A DNA stretch of 64,000 bases from Myxococcota bacterium (GTDB lineage: Bacteria; Myxococcota_A; UBA796; SXON01): the NCBI GenBank assembly GCA_040386535.1, contig JAZKFH010000024.1:95047-159046 (forward strand). Direction: 5' to 3'. The notes under the pieces were generated by a model, which was not told where the DNA came from, ran no database searches, and saw only the letters and a list, made by a program, of their open reading frames with translations. Positions 18,897 through 28,463 of this stretch are shown piece after piece; the first letter of the stretch is position 1, and every line of letters begins with the position of its first letter. The translations under genes and the position numbers were made by a program.

Positions 18897-20459
18897 GTGC
18901 GCCCCATCCGCGAACGCCTCCTCCGCAAGGGCGACTACGTCCACGGCTCGTTCTTCAAGCCGGAACAAGTCGATGGCTACATCAACGCCGTGAACCCCGG
19001 TGACAGGACCGACGTCCTCGGTCGGTTCCCCTTCTCCACCCGTAGCGTCGACGACGCGATCGAGTTCGCCACCGTCGGCGCCACGCGCTGGCGCCGGGTC
19101 GGGCTCAACGATCGCGCCGCGGCCCTCCGCCGCTTCCGCGAGCAGCTGCACCACGCGCAGGAGACGCTCGCGCGCCTCGTGACGCGCGAGAACGGCAAGC
19201 CGCTCTGGGAGGCGCGCCAGGAGGTGCAGTCGGCGATCCGCACGGTCGACATCTACCTGGATGACGGTGTGGGCCTGCTCGCGCCGCGCATCGTCGAGGA
19301 GATCTCCGCGCGCACCGACTACGTGCCGCGTGGCGTCGTCGGCGTGGTGAGCCCCTACAACCTGCCCGTGCTGCTCGGCGTCGGCATGACCGCCGCCGCG
19401 GTGCTCGCGGGCAACGCGGTCATCATCAAGCCGAGCAAGTTCACGCCAGGCGTGGGCCAGCTCATCGCCGAGTTGTGGGACCGCGCGAAGCTGCCCCGCG
19501 GCGTCTTCAGCCTCGTGCACGGCTCCGGCAGCGTCATCGGGCAGCGGCTGGTCGGCCACGCCGGGCTCGACGCGCTCCTGTTCGCCGGCAGCTTCGAGAG
19601 CGCGCGGGACGTGCGGCGCGCCACGGCCGAGCGTCCCGAGCTGCCCGCCCTCTACCAGTCCGGCGGCAAGGGCATCGCGCTCGTGTTGGACGACGCCGAG
19701 CTCGACCGCGCCGTGTACGAGGTGCTCGTCGGCGCCTTCATGTCGACCGGGCAGCGCCACAACTCGACCGCGCGAGTCTTCGTCACCGAGGGCATCTACG
19801 AGCGCTTCGCCGAGGAGCTCGTGCGCCGCGCCCAGCGTTTGCGCATCGGCTACGGCTTCGACAACGACGTGTTCATGGGCCCGCTCATCTCGGAGAACTT
19901 CCGGACGCGGTTCCGCAAGTATTGCCGGGCCGTCACGAGCAAGGGCCACACGGCGCTGCTCGAGGGGGACACGCACGAGGTGCAGGGGTACCGCGGCAAC
20001 TACGCGAAGCCCGGCATCTACAAGGTGGACTGGCAGAACGGGAGCCCCTTCCTGAACGACGAGCCGCCCGGCCCCATCGCGCTCCTGTACGTGGTCAAGA
20101 ACTGGGAGGAGGCCGTGAGCCTGCACAACCAGGCCACCTACCGCATGACCGCGAGCATCTTCACGCGGCCGCAGAACCCCGTGCTCCCCGAGCTGCGGGA
20201 CGCGCTGCGCACCGGCTCGGTCAACGTGAACCGCGGCACCATCGGCCAGAGCCTCCGCCTCCCCTCGACCGGGCTCGGCCGCGCTGGGAACGGCGTGGCC
20301 GGCGGAATCGAGCTGTTGCGGGTGCTCACGGTGCCGCGCGGGAGCCTCTCGGAGACCCGCCCGTTCGACGCGCAGAACCTCGTCCCGGGCGTGGCCTGGA
20401 CCGATGAGGACGACGACGACTCCGATCTCGGAGGGGCGTTGGAGCTGGCCGTCGAATAG
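18897..20459 (+). CDS. Aldehyde dehydrogenase-fold protein (AstD/semialdehyde dehydrogenase-like) lacking catalytic Cys and Glu
   Basis: ENGKP, SPYNLP, AGNAVIIKPS and MGPLIS are present, but E-x-GGK reads QSGGK and GQRC reads GQRH. Confidence 0.85.
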   Translation: MRPIRERLLRKGDYVHGSFFKPEQVDGYINAVNPGDRTDVLGRFPFSTRSVDDAIEFATVGATRWRRVGLNDRAAALRRFREQLHHAQETLARLVTRENGKPLWEARQEVQSAIRTVDIYLDDGVGLLAPRIVEEISARTDYVPRGVVGVVSPYNLPVLLGVGMTAAAVLAGNAVIIKPSKFTPGVGQLIAELWDRAKLPRGVFSLVHGSGSVIGQRLVGHAGLDALLFAGSFESARDVRRATAERPELPALYQSGGKGIALVLDDAELDRAVYEVLVGAFMSTGQRHNSTARVFVTEGIYERFAEELVRRAQRLRIGYGFDNDVFMGPLISENFRTRFRKYCRAVTSKGHTALLEGDTHEVQGYRGNYAKPGIYKVDWQNGSPFLNDEPPGPIALLYVVKNWEEAVSLHNQATYRMTASIFTRPQNPVLPELRDALRTGSVNVNRGTIGQSLRLPSTGLGRAGNGVAGGIELLRVLTVPRGSLSETRPFDAQNLVPGVAWTDEDDDDSDLGGALELAVE

Positions 20460-20468
20460 ACGCTACCG

Positions 20469-21377
20469 ATGTCCAAGATCTCGATCGGAAACGTCCAGCT
20501 CGACCTGGGTGCCGGGCGCCGCGGCGTCGACATGGGGCCCTCCGCCATCCATCTCGCCGGCCTCAAGAGCGGCATCATCGCGCTCGGCCACCAGGTGATG
20601 GAGAACTACGCCATCGGCGCCGCGTCGCAAGAGATGGTCGATCCCGGCGATCCACACGCCCGCTTCCTCCCCGAGATCGCGCGCGTCTGCTCCGAGCTGG
20701 CCGACCGCGTCGAGCTCGCTCTGGAGCACGGCTGGTTCCCCGTCGTGCTCGGCGGCGATCACTCCGTCGCCATCGGCACGATCTCCGGCATCGCCCGCTT
20801 CTACCGCAAGCGCGGCCAGCGCATCGGCGTGTTGTGGGTCGACGCCCACACCGACTCGAACACCCCCGAGACCTCGCCCTCCGGCAACATCCACGGCATG
20901 CCGCTCGCGGTGCTGCTCGGGCACGGTCCGCGCGACCTGGTCGCGATCGCGGGCGCCGAGCCCGCCCTCCGCATCGGCGACGTGTGCGTGATCGGCGCGC
21001 GCGACATCGACATGACGGAGCGTTCGGTCGTGCACGAGATGGGGCTGCGCGTCTACACGATGAGCGAGTTGGACGAGCGCGGCACCGCCGTGTGCGTGCG
21101 CGAGGCCATCGAGCGAGTGAGCGCGCACACCGCCGGCGTGCACCTGTCCTTCGATCTCGACGGCGTGGACCCCCAGCATGCGCCCGGCGTCGGCACGCCC
21201 GTGCCCGGCGGCCTCAACCTGCGCGAGTCCCACCTCATCTGCGAGAAGGTCGCGCAGACGGGCAAGGTGCTGGGCGTGGAGATGGTCGAGCTCAACCCGG
21301 TCATCGACAGCGAGAACCGCACCGGCAAGCTGGCCGTGTGGCTCATCCTCTCGGCGCTCGGCAAGACCATCCTGTAG
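20469..21377 (+). CDS. rocF: Arginase
   Basis: GGDHS, DAHTD, SPSGNIHGMP and SFDLDGVDP..APGVGTP..GG motifs. Confidence 0.9.
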   Translation: MSKISIGNVQLDLGAGRRGVDMGPSAIHLAGLKSGIIALGHQVMENYAIGAASQEMVDPGDPHARFLPEIARVCSELADRVELALEHGWFPVVLGGDHSVAIGTISGIARFYRKRGQRIGVLWVDAHTDSNTPETSPSGNIHGMPLAVLLGHGPRDLVAIAGAEPALRIGDVCVIGARDIDMTERSVVHEMGLRVYTMSELDERGTAVCVREAIERVSAHTAGVHLSFDLDGVDPQHAPGVGTPVPGGLNLRESHLICEKVAQTGKVLGVEMVELNPVIDSENRTGKLAVWLILSALGKTIL

Positions 21378-21426
21378 CGCCCGTTCGCAAGCTGAAACTC
21401 GGCGGGTCGAGTAGATTTCTCGGGAG

Positions 21427-23301
21427 GTGACGGTGCGCGTTTGGCTGCTTCCATGTCTCGGAGTGTGCCTCGCGGCCTGTACCTCCACGTCGAAAGACGA
21501 CACCGGCTCCGGCCCGGTCGAGCTGAGTTGTGAGGGGGCGCCCCCGCCCACCTGGTACGCCGATCTCGACGGGGACGGCTTCGGGCGCGCCGGATCCGAC
21601 CGCGCGGCCTGCGAGGTGCCCGAGGACTACGTCGCCAACGCGGATGACTGTGACGACGCGCGCGCCGGCGTGTTCCCCGGCGCGGCCGAGGCGTGTGACG
21701 GCCTGGACGGCGACTGTGACGGCGAGGGAGACGACACCGATCCCGACGTGACGCGAACGAGCTGGTACCTCGACGCGGACGCTGATGGCTACGGGGATGC
21801 CGACGCGACCACGTCCGCCTGCGCCGCCCCCCCCGGCTACGCGGCCGCGGCCGGAGATTGCGCGGACGACAACGCCGCCGTGTTCCCCGACGCGCCCGAC
21901 GCGTGTGGTGGCGGAGACGACGATTGTGACGGCGCGGACGACGCGTGCACCCGCGAGGGGGAGCTCTCCGTGGCCGACGCGGACGCGACCCTGGTGGGCG
22001 AGGCCGCGGGGGACGCGGCCGGGACGTGGGTCGCCGTCGGCGATGTCGATGGGGACGGCATCGCCGACGCGTTGACCAGCGCGCCCTACGCGGAAGGGGT
22101 GGCCGGCGCGGCGTGGCTCGTGCGCGGCCCGTTCATGGGGACGCGGCGCCTGGAGGACGCGGATCTCCGCATCGCGGGCACGCCCCCGGTGGACGACATG
22201 GGTGGCTTCACGATCGGGCCCGTGGCCCTCGGGGATCTCGACGGGGACGGCCTCGCGGAGCTCGTGATCGCCGCCCCGGACGGCGGGGCCGAGACCGGCG
22301 TGTGGCGCTTCCTGGGCACCGCGCGCGGCGCGATGGATCTGGACGCGGCGGACGGCGAGCGCCTCGGCGGGCCCGATGACGGCGTCGGCACCAGCCTCGC
22401 CATCGGCGGGGACCTCGACGGGGACGGCCTGTTCGACCTGCTCGTGGGCGCGCCGGGCGCGAGCGTCGAGGGCGTGGAGCGGGGCGGCGTGGCGCTCGTC
22501 AGCGGCGCGTTCGGCGGCACGGGCCTGCTGGCGGACACGGCTACATGGCTGTTCGGGGAGACCGCGGGCGCCGAGGCCGGAGCCGCGGTGGCCAGCCCCG
22601 GAGACATCGATGGAGACGGCTTCGCCGATCTGCTCGTGGGGGCGCCCGGCGCCATCGCCGCGGGCGATATCGACGCGGCCGCCATCGGGGCGGCGTACCT
22701 GTTCTACGGGCCGCTCTCCGGGTCCCCGTCGCTCGCGGACGCGGACGGCACCCTGTACGGCGAGGCGGCGGGTGACCGCGCGGGCGCCGCGGTCGCCGGG
22801 GTGGGCGACATCGACGGGGACGGCGTGGCCGACGTGATGATCGGCGCCCCGGGGGTGGACCTCGGCGGCGACGACACGGGTGACCTCGGCACCCTCGACG
22901 TCGGCGCGGCCTACCTCGTGCGCGGGCCGATCACGGGCGAGGGCCTGTTGGCCGATGCCCACTGCACCCTGTTGGGTGACACCGCCGGCCACGACGCCGG
23001 CACGACGATCGTGGCGCTGGGCGACATGAACGAGGATGGCCGCGCGGACGTGGGGGTGGCCGGGGCCGGCGCGGGGCGCGCGTGGCTCCTGCTCGGGCCG
23101 TTCGCGGGGACGGTCGCCCTGACCTACGCCGAGGTGACGCTGGTTGGCGGCGATGCCCTGGACGAGACCGGCGCGAGCCTCGCGGGCGGCGCGGATCTCG
23201 ACGGCGACGGGGAGTTCGACCTGCTCGTCGGGAGCCCCGGGGCGGACGCGGGGGGCAGCGGCGCGGGGATGGTCTCGATGGTGCGGGGGTGGGTGCGATG
23301 A
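21427..23301 (+). CDS. Lipoprotein with 2 MopE-like repeats and FG-GAP (integrin-alpha-like) beta-propeller repeats
   Basis: LAAC lipobox; repeated GD.DGDG..DLLVGAP...GAAYL. Confidence 0.75.
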   Translation: MTVRVWLLPCLGVCLAACTSTSKDDTGSGPVELSCEGAPPPTWYADLDGDGFGRAGSDRAACEVPEDYVANADDCDDARAGVFPGAAEACDGLDGDCDGEGDDTDPDVTRTSWYLDADADGYGDADATTSACAAPPGYAAAAGDCADDNAAVFPDAPDACGGGDDDCDGADDACTREGELSVADADATLVGEAAGDAAGTWVAVGDVDGDGIADALTSAPYAEGVAGAAWLVRGPFMGTRRLEDADLRIAGTPPVDDMGGFTIGPVALGDLDGDGLAELVIAAPDGGAETGVWRFLGTARGAMDLDAADGERLGGPDDGVGTSLAIGGDLDGDGLFDLLVGAPGASVEGVERGGVALVSGAFGGTGLLADTATWLFGETAGAEAGAAVASPGDIDGDGFADLLVGAPGAIAAGDIDAAAIGAAYLFYGPLSGSPSLADADGTLYGEAAGDRAGAAVAGVGDIDGDGVADVMIGAPGVDLGGDDTGDLGTLDVGAAYLVRGPITGEGLLADAHCTLLGDTAGHDAGTTIVALGDMNEDGRADVGVAGAGAGRAWLLLGPFAGTVALTYAEVTLVGGDALDETGASLAGGADLDGDGEFDLLVGSPGADAGGSGAGMVSMVRGWVR

Positions 23302-25361
23302 GGCGGCTTCTGGAAGGATCAGCGATCTCGTTCCTGCTGGCGCTCGGGATGCTCGCCGGCTGCACCGAGGACAAGCGCGGGAAGGTCGACCATGACGGCG
23401 ACGGCGCGAGCGCGTCCATCGACTGCGACGACACCGATCCCACGCGGTTCCCCGGGAACCCTGAGCGCTGTGACGGCTTCGACGAGGACTGCGACGGCGT
23501 GGCCGACAACCTCGCGATCGACGCGATCCTGACCTACACCGACCTCGACGGCGACGGCTTCGGGGACAACGCCTCGGCCTTCGCGTCGTGCGTGGCGCCC
23601 GTGCGCGGCGTGGCGAGGGGCGACGACTGCGACGACGCCGATGCCACCGTGTTCCCCGGCGCCTACGAGACCTGTGACGGACGCGACCAGGACTGCGACG
23701 GCGCGATCGACGTGGGCGCGATCGACGCCCGCACCCGCTACCCGGACGCCGACGGCGACGGCTACGGGGACGACGCGGCCGTGGTCACCAGCTGCGACGC
23801 GGTCGGCCTGGACGAGGGCGGGGACTGCGACGACGCCGACGCCGCGGTGTTCCCCGGCGCCGAGGAGCGTTGTGACGCCGTCGACACCGACTGCGACGGC
23901 CTCGCCGATGTCGGCGCGACGGACGGCGTGGCCTGGTACACGGACGCCGACGGGGACGGCTACGGCGATCCCGAGAGCGACGGCGTGGTGGACTGCGCGG
24001 CGGACGGCCGCGCTCCCAACCGGTTCGACTGTGACGACGCCGACGCGGGGATCAGCCCGGAGATGGGCGGGTGCGGCCTCGTCGGCGAGAGCGAGCCGGT
24101 CGACGCCGGGCTCACCCTGTTCGGCGTCGACGAGGGCGACGCCGTCGGCACCCTCCACGTCGCGGCCGACCTCGACGGCGACGGCGCGGCCGAGTTGCTC
24201 GTGGGTGCGCCGAGCGCGGACGCCTTCTACGTGCTGGCCGGCCCGCTCCGCGGGGACGAGTCGCTCGCCAGCCCGCTGATCAAGCGCCGCTACGTCAGCG
24301 GAGGCGCGTCGTTCGGCGCCGCGCTCGCCGTGGGCGACTTCGACGGGGACGGCGTGCCCGACGTGGCCGTGGGCGCCCCGGACGACGACACGCTCGGCGC
24401 CTACAGCGGCCGCGTGTGGATCTTCGCCGGGCCGCTCGCCGGCAGCACCACCGAGGCGAGCGCGCTGCGCGCCATCGACGCCGAGAGCTCCCGCGACGGC
24501 CTGGGCGAGGCGCTGGTGGCCGTGCCCGACGCCGACGGCGACGGCCTGGCCGACCTGCTCGTCGGCGCTCCCGACGATGGGCTGGGCGCCGGCATCGCGT
24601 ACCTCATCAGCGGCACCAGCACCGACCTGACGACCCCCATCGCCCGGTTCGAGTCCGCCACCTCCTACGACCGCGCCGGGAACAACGTCGCCGCGGGTGA
24701 CCTCGATGGCGACGGCCTCGCCGACTACGTCATCGCGGCCCCGAGCGCGCCCGAGGTCTACGTGATGTCGGGCGGCGTGACCGGCACCATCGACCTGTCC
24801 GACGCCGACACCACCATCGGCGGGCGCGGCTCCGGCTACCAGACGGGCAAGTCCCTCGCCGTGGTCGGCGATCAGGACGGGGACGGCCTGCTCGACCTGT
24901 TCGTGGGCGGCCCGACCACCGGGAGCAGCGTGTCGGTCTCCGGCGGAGAGGCGTGGGTCCTGGTCACGCCCCTCGCTGCGGACGTGACCCTCGGGCGCCA
25001 CGAGTGGGCCACGCTCGTGGGCGAGGCCACGGGAGACGCCGCGGGCGGATCGGTGGCTGGCGGCGATCTCGACGGGGACGGCCACGACGACCTCGTGATC
25101 GGCGCCGCGGGCAACGATCGCGCGCACACCGACGCGGGCGCCGCCTACGTGTTCTACGGCATCACGAGCGGAAGCACCCCGCTCGCCAGCGCCGACGCGA
25201 TGCTCCTCGGGCACGCCGCAGGGCTCGCGCTCGGCAGCGGCGCGCTCCTCGCGGACCTCGACGGCGACACCCTCGCCGACCTCGTGGCGGGCGGCGTGGG
25301 CGAGTCCGTGGGCGGGGTGGGCGCCGGCGCCACGTGGGTGTGGTTCGGCGGGCGGCGCTGA
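23298..25361 (+). CDS. Paralogous lipoprotein with MopE-like and FG-GAP repeats
   Basis: ATG 23298 overlaps the upstream stop; LAGC lipobox; same repeat types. Confidence 0.75.
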   Translation: MRRLLEGSAISFLLALGMLAGCTEDKRGKVDHDGDGASASIDCDDTDPTRFPGNPERCDGFDEDCDGVADNLAIDAILTYTDLDGDGFGDNASAFASCVAPVRGVARGDDCDDADATVFPGAYETCDGRDQDCDGAIDVGAIDARTRYPDADGDGYGDDAAVVTSCDAVGLDEGGDCDDADAAVFPGAEERCDAVDTDCDGLADVGATDGVAWYTDADGDGYGDPESDGVVDCAADGRAPNRFDCDDADAGISPEMGGCGLVGESEPVDAGLTLFGVDEGDAVGTLHVAADLDGDGAAELLVGAPSADAFYVLAGPLRGDESLASPLIKRRYVSGGASFGAALAVGDFDGDGVPDVAVGAPDDDTLGAYSGRVWIFAGPLAGSTTEASALRAIDAESSRDGLGEALVAVPDADGDGLADLLVGAPDDGLGAGIAYLISGTSTDLTTPIARFESATSYDRAGNNVAAGDLDGDGLADYVIAAPSAPEVYVMSGGVTGTIDLSDADTTIGGRGSGYQTGKSLAVVGDQDGDGLLDLFVGGPTTGSSVSVSGGEAWVLVTPLAADVTLGRHEWATLVGEATGDAAGGSVAGGDLDGDGHDDLVIGAAGNDRAHTDAGAAYVFYGITSGSTPLASADAMLLGHAAGLALGSGALLADLDGDTLADLVAGGVGESVGGVGAGATWVWFGGRR

Positions 25362-25364
25362 CGC

Positions 25365-25715
25365 TCAGGCCGGCGGGGGCGCCTTCTGCCAGGGCCAGCG
25401 CCCCTCGACCTCGAGCTCGATCGTGAAGGACAGGAAGGTCCGGATGAGCACGATCATCGCCAGCACCGTCACGCCGGTGAGCGTCGGGTCGTGGCTCACG
25501 GTGCGGATGATGTCGGCGGCGACGAGGAACTCGAGCCCGAGCAGGATCGCGCGCCCGAGGTAGCGGCGGAACAACGCGTAGTTGTCCTCGGTCTCGCCGC
25601 GGGCGTAGCGCACCCCCACGATGCCCGCGGCGAGCGCCGCGCCCACCAGCACGACCAGAACCCCGGTGCCCTCGACCAGCTGGGCGGCCAGGACGACGTA
25701 GTCCTCGAACTCCAT
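25365..25715 (-). CDS. DUF1622 domain membrane protein
   Basis: LGRAILLGLEFLVAADIIRTV...IVLIRTFLS...E.EGRWPW signature. Confidence 0.85.
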   Translation of the reverse strand: MEFEDYVVLAAQLVEGTGVLVVLVGAALAAGIVGVRYARGETEDNYALFRRYLGRAILLGLEFLVAADIIRTVSHDPTLTGVTVLAMIVLIRTFLSFTIELEVEGRWPWQKAPPPA

Positions 25716-25746
25716 GCGTCCTCCCTCCCCTTCTCTAACCGCCTCC

Positions 25747-26526
25747 CTACGAGCTCGCGCTGGTGTAGTGCCGGAGCGCCTGCACCCACGCGATGCGGCT
25801 CACCACCAACATGCCGATGCCCACCCCGACCGCCTGCGCCGCGAGCGCGAGGTCGAGGCGGCCGAGCAGCGCGAGCGCGGGGTAGGAGGTCACCAGCGCC
25901 ACCGGCACGAACACGGTCAGGAAAACGCGCACCCAGCCCGTGTAGATGGTGACGGGCCAACGCCCCGCGTCGACGACGGCGCCGAGCAGGTAGCGCAGGT
26001 TGTCGACCCGCACGAACCAGAAGCTCGTGCAGATGACGAGCACCCACAGGCCGTAGACGGCGGCGAGCCCCGCCAACAGGAGCCCGGCCGCCGTCAGCGC
26101 GTCCACGGGGGTGGGCGTCGGCAGGTGCGCGAGGGCGTACGCCCCTACGACGAGCCCGCCGAGCAGATCCCAGAGGCGCGCGGGCGCGACGCGCTGGAAG
26201 CTGGCGACGAACTGCGCGTCGGGCGGCTTGAGCAGCAGGTAGTCGAGCTGGCCCGACCGCACGCCCTCGACGAGCGCGCCGAGGTTGGGCTCGACCAGGC
26301 CACCCACGAGCGCCTGGAGCACCAGGAAGAAGGCGCCCACCAGCAGGGCCTCGTGGAGCGACCAGCCCGCCACGGAGCCGGTGTGGTCGTAGACGAACAG
26401 GAGCGGGAGCGCCACGCCGGCGGTGGTGCCGAGGCCGACGAAGAACTCGAGCAGGAAGCTCGCGCGGTACTGCATCGCCGTCATCAGCGCGACGCGGACC
26501 AGGGCCAACAGGACGCCGCTACGCAC
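25747..26526 (-). CDS. ABC-2 family transporter permease (DUF990-like)
   Basis: GTG 26526 overlaps the upstream stop; MQYRASF, V.SGQLDYLLLKP, C-terminal YTSASS. Confidence 0.8.
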   Translation of the reverse strand: MRSGVLLALVRVALMTAMQYRASFLLEFFVGLGTTAGVALPLLFVYDHTGSVAGWSLHEALLVGAFFLVLQALVGGLVEPNLGALVEGVRSGQLDYLLLKPPDAQFVASFQRVAPARLWDLLGGLVVGAYALAHLPTPTPVDALTAAGLLLAGLAAVYGLWVLVICTSFWFVRVDNLRYLLGAVVDAGRWPVTIYTGWVRVFLTVFVPVALVTSYPALALLGRLDLALAAQAVGVGIGMLVVSRIAWVQALRHYTSASS

Positions 26527-27316
26527 CGACCGCTCCGTAGCGACGCAAGCCGGCGCGCCAACCGACCAGGGTGCCGAGGCCCAGGATCGCCACCCACGCG
26601 GCCTGGACCGCGAGGGTGCGCCCGATGGGGGCGAGGCCGAGGAGGAGCTCCACCGGCGCCCCGAGCGAGGCGTGGAAGGGCAGCCAGGCGGCCACCGCGG
26701 CCACGTTCGCGGGGAGCAACGGCAGGGGGATGAGGTAGCCGCCGAGCAACGCCCACACGAAGAACCACACCTGGAACAGGCCGAGCGACTGGTCGAACCA
26801 GAAGGCGAGCACGCCGAAGAGGCACTGGACGAACCAGGCGACGAGCAGCGCGAAGAAGAGCGAGACCACAAAACCGGCGGCGGCGGCAGGCGCGGGCACG
26901 AACAGGATCTCGGGGCGCCACACGGCCACGGCCGCGAGGACGGGGCCGAGCACCACGAGGCGCCACGGCACGGCGGCGACGGTCTCCGCGAACTGCCACC
27001 ACAAGGGGTTCATCGGGCGGAGGAGCTGCGGCGAGAGCGAGCCGGTGCGGATCTGCTGGTTGAGCTCCCAGAGCACCCACACGCCGGTGAGCTGCCGCAC
27101 GAGCAGCGTCACGGCGAAGTAGCGCGCGAAGTCGGCCTGCCCGAAGCCGGCGAGCGGCCCGTCCGCCGCGGCCGCGTTCCACAACGCGAGCATGACCAGG
27201 GGCAGCGTGGCCGTGAGGATCCAGATGATCATCTCGGCGCGGTAGGCGACCATCTCCGCCACGGCGATGCGGAGGAGCGAGGGAAACGCGCGCAGGGCCT
27301 GGATCAGCCCGGTCAC
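26519..27316 (-). CDS. ABC-2 family transporter permease
   Basis: AYRAE, IRTGSLS..LLRP, GG.LIPL.LLP, C-terminal Y.AVGA. Confidence 0.8.
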   Translation of the reverse strand: MTGLIQALRAFPSLLRIAVAEMVAYRAEMIIWILTATLPLVMLALWNAAAADGPLAGFGQADFARYFAVTLLVRQLTGVWVLWELNQQIRTGSLSPQLLRPMNPLWWQFAETVAAVPWRLVVLGPVLAAVAVWRPEILFVPAPAAAAGFVVSLFFALLVAWFVQCLFGVLAFWFDQSLGLFQVWFFVWALLGGYLIPLPLLPANVAAVAAWLPFHASLGAPVELLLGLAPIGRTLAVQAAWVAILGLGTLVGWRAGLRRYGAVGA

Positions 27317-28338
27317 GGCGTCCCCTCGTTCGAGGGCTGGGGGGCCGGCTCGGGCGCGCCGGCGGAAGCGCTGTCCGGCTCGCTGCCCGCGGCCCTGCGG
27401 AAGTAGCGCCCCATCACCTCTTCGAGGGGTGTCTCCTCCACCCCGAGCTCCGCGAGCGGCACCATCGCGAGCACCCGGCCGAGGAGCGCGTTCACGTCCT
27501 CCGGGGCCACCGCGGCCACCATCTTGCCGGCCTCCTCGACGAACCCGAGCGCGAGCAGCGCGGGCTCGATCGTCCGCACCACGACGCGGCGCTCGGGCGC
27601 CATCTTGCGCGCGAGCTCGGTGAGGGCGCCGTCGTAGCGGAGCCGCCCCTCGTCGATCACGAGCAGGCGCGGCGTGAGCGCGGCGATGTCCTGCATGTAG
27701 TGGCTGGTGAGCAGCACCGTGGCGCCGAAGCGCTGGTTGATGCCCGCGATGAACTGGCGCACCTGCACCTGCATCTCCACGTCGAGGCCGATCGTGGGCT
27801 CGTCGAGGAACAGGACCTGCGGCCGGTGCAGCAGCGCGGCGGCCAGCTCACACTTCATGCGCTCGCCGAGCGAGAGGTTGCGCACCGGTTTGTCCAGGAG
27901 AGGCTCGATGCGCAGCATGGTCACGAGCTCGTCGAGCGTGCGCGCGTGGTCGGCGCGGGCGATGCCGTACATGGCGCGGTTGAGCTCGAAGGTCTCGCGG
28001 GGGGGCAGATCCCAGAGGAGCTGCTGCTTCTGGCCCATCACCAGCGTGATGCGACGGAGGAACGCCGTGTCGCGGTCCTGCGGGCGGGCGCCGAGCACGC
28101 GGACGCCGCCCGACGTGGGGTGAAGGAGCCCCGCCAGCATCTTCAACGTCGTCGTCTTGCCAGCGCCGTTCGGCCCGAGGAAGCCGACCCGCTCCCCCTG
28201 CTCGATCCGGAAGGACAGATCCTTCACGGCCTCGACATCTCGCCACTTCCGGGACACGAGGGAGCGCACCGAGCCGAGGAACCCCGGCTCCTTGATCGGT
28301 ACCCGGTACGTCTTGGTGAGGTGCTCGACCTCGATCAT
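27313..28338 (-). CDS. ABC transporter ATP-binding protein
   Basis: GPNGAGKTT, LSLGERM, FLDEPTIGLD, TSHYM. Confidence 0.9.
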   Translation of the reverse strand: MIEVEHLTKTYRVPIKEPGFLGSVRSLVSRKWRDVEAVKDLSFRIEQGERVGFLGPNGAGKTTTLKMLAGLLHPTSGGVRVLGARPQDRDTAFLRRITLVMGQKQQLLWDLPPRETFELNRAMYGIARADHARTLDELVTMLRIEPLLDKPVRNLSLGERMKCELAAALLHRPQVLFLDEPTIGLDVEMQVQVRQFIAGINQRFGATVLLTSHYMQDIAALTPRLLVIDEGRLRYDGALTELARKMAPERRVVVRTIEPALLALGFVEEAGKMVAAVAPEDVNALLGRVLAMVPLAELGVEETPLEEVMGRYFRRAAGSEPDSASAGAPEPAPQPSNEGTP

Positions 28339-28463
28339 GCGGACCTTCGAGAACGAGCACCATACGCCTGCCGCCGCCGTGCTTCCACCCCTCCCGGGCA
28401 GGACGGACGACGCGCGACCCCCCCGAGCTTGCTACGATCGCCCCGCACGGAAAGGACGCTCCT

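Noticed and set aside
18897..20459. Calling the ALDH-fold gene a pseudogene or a functional astD
   Set aside because: The ORF is full length with no frameshift or stop, so not a pseudogene; catalytic residues are missing and no other ast genes are present, so not astD
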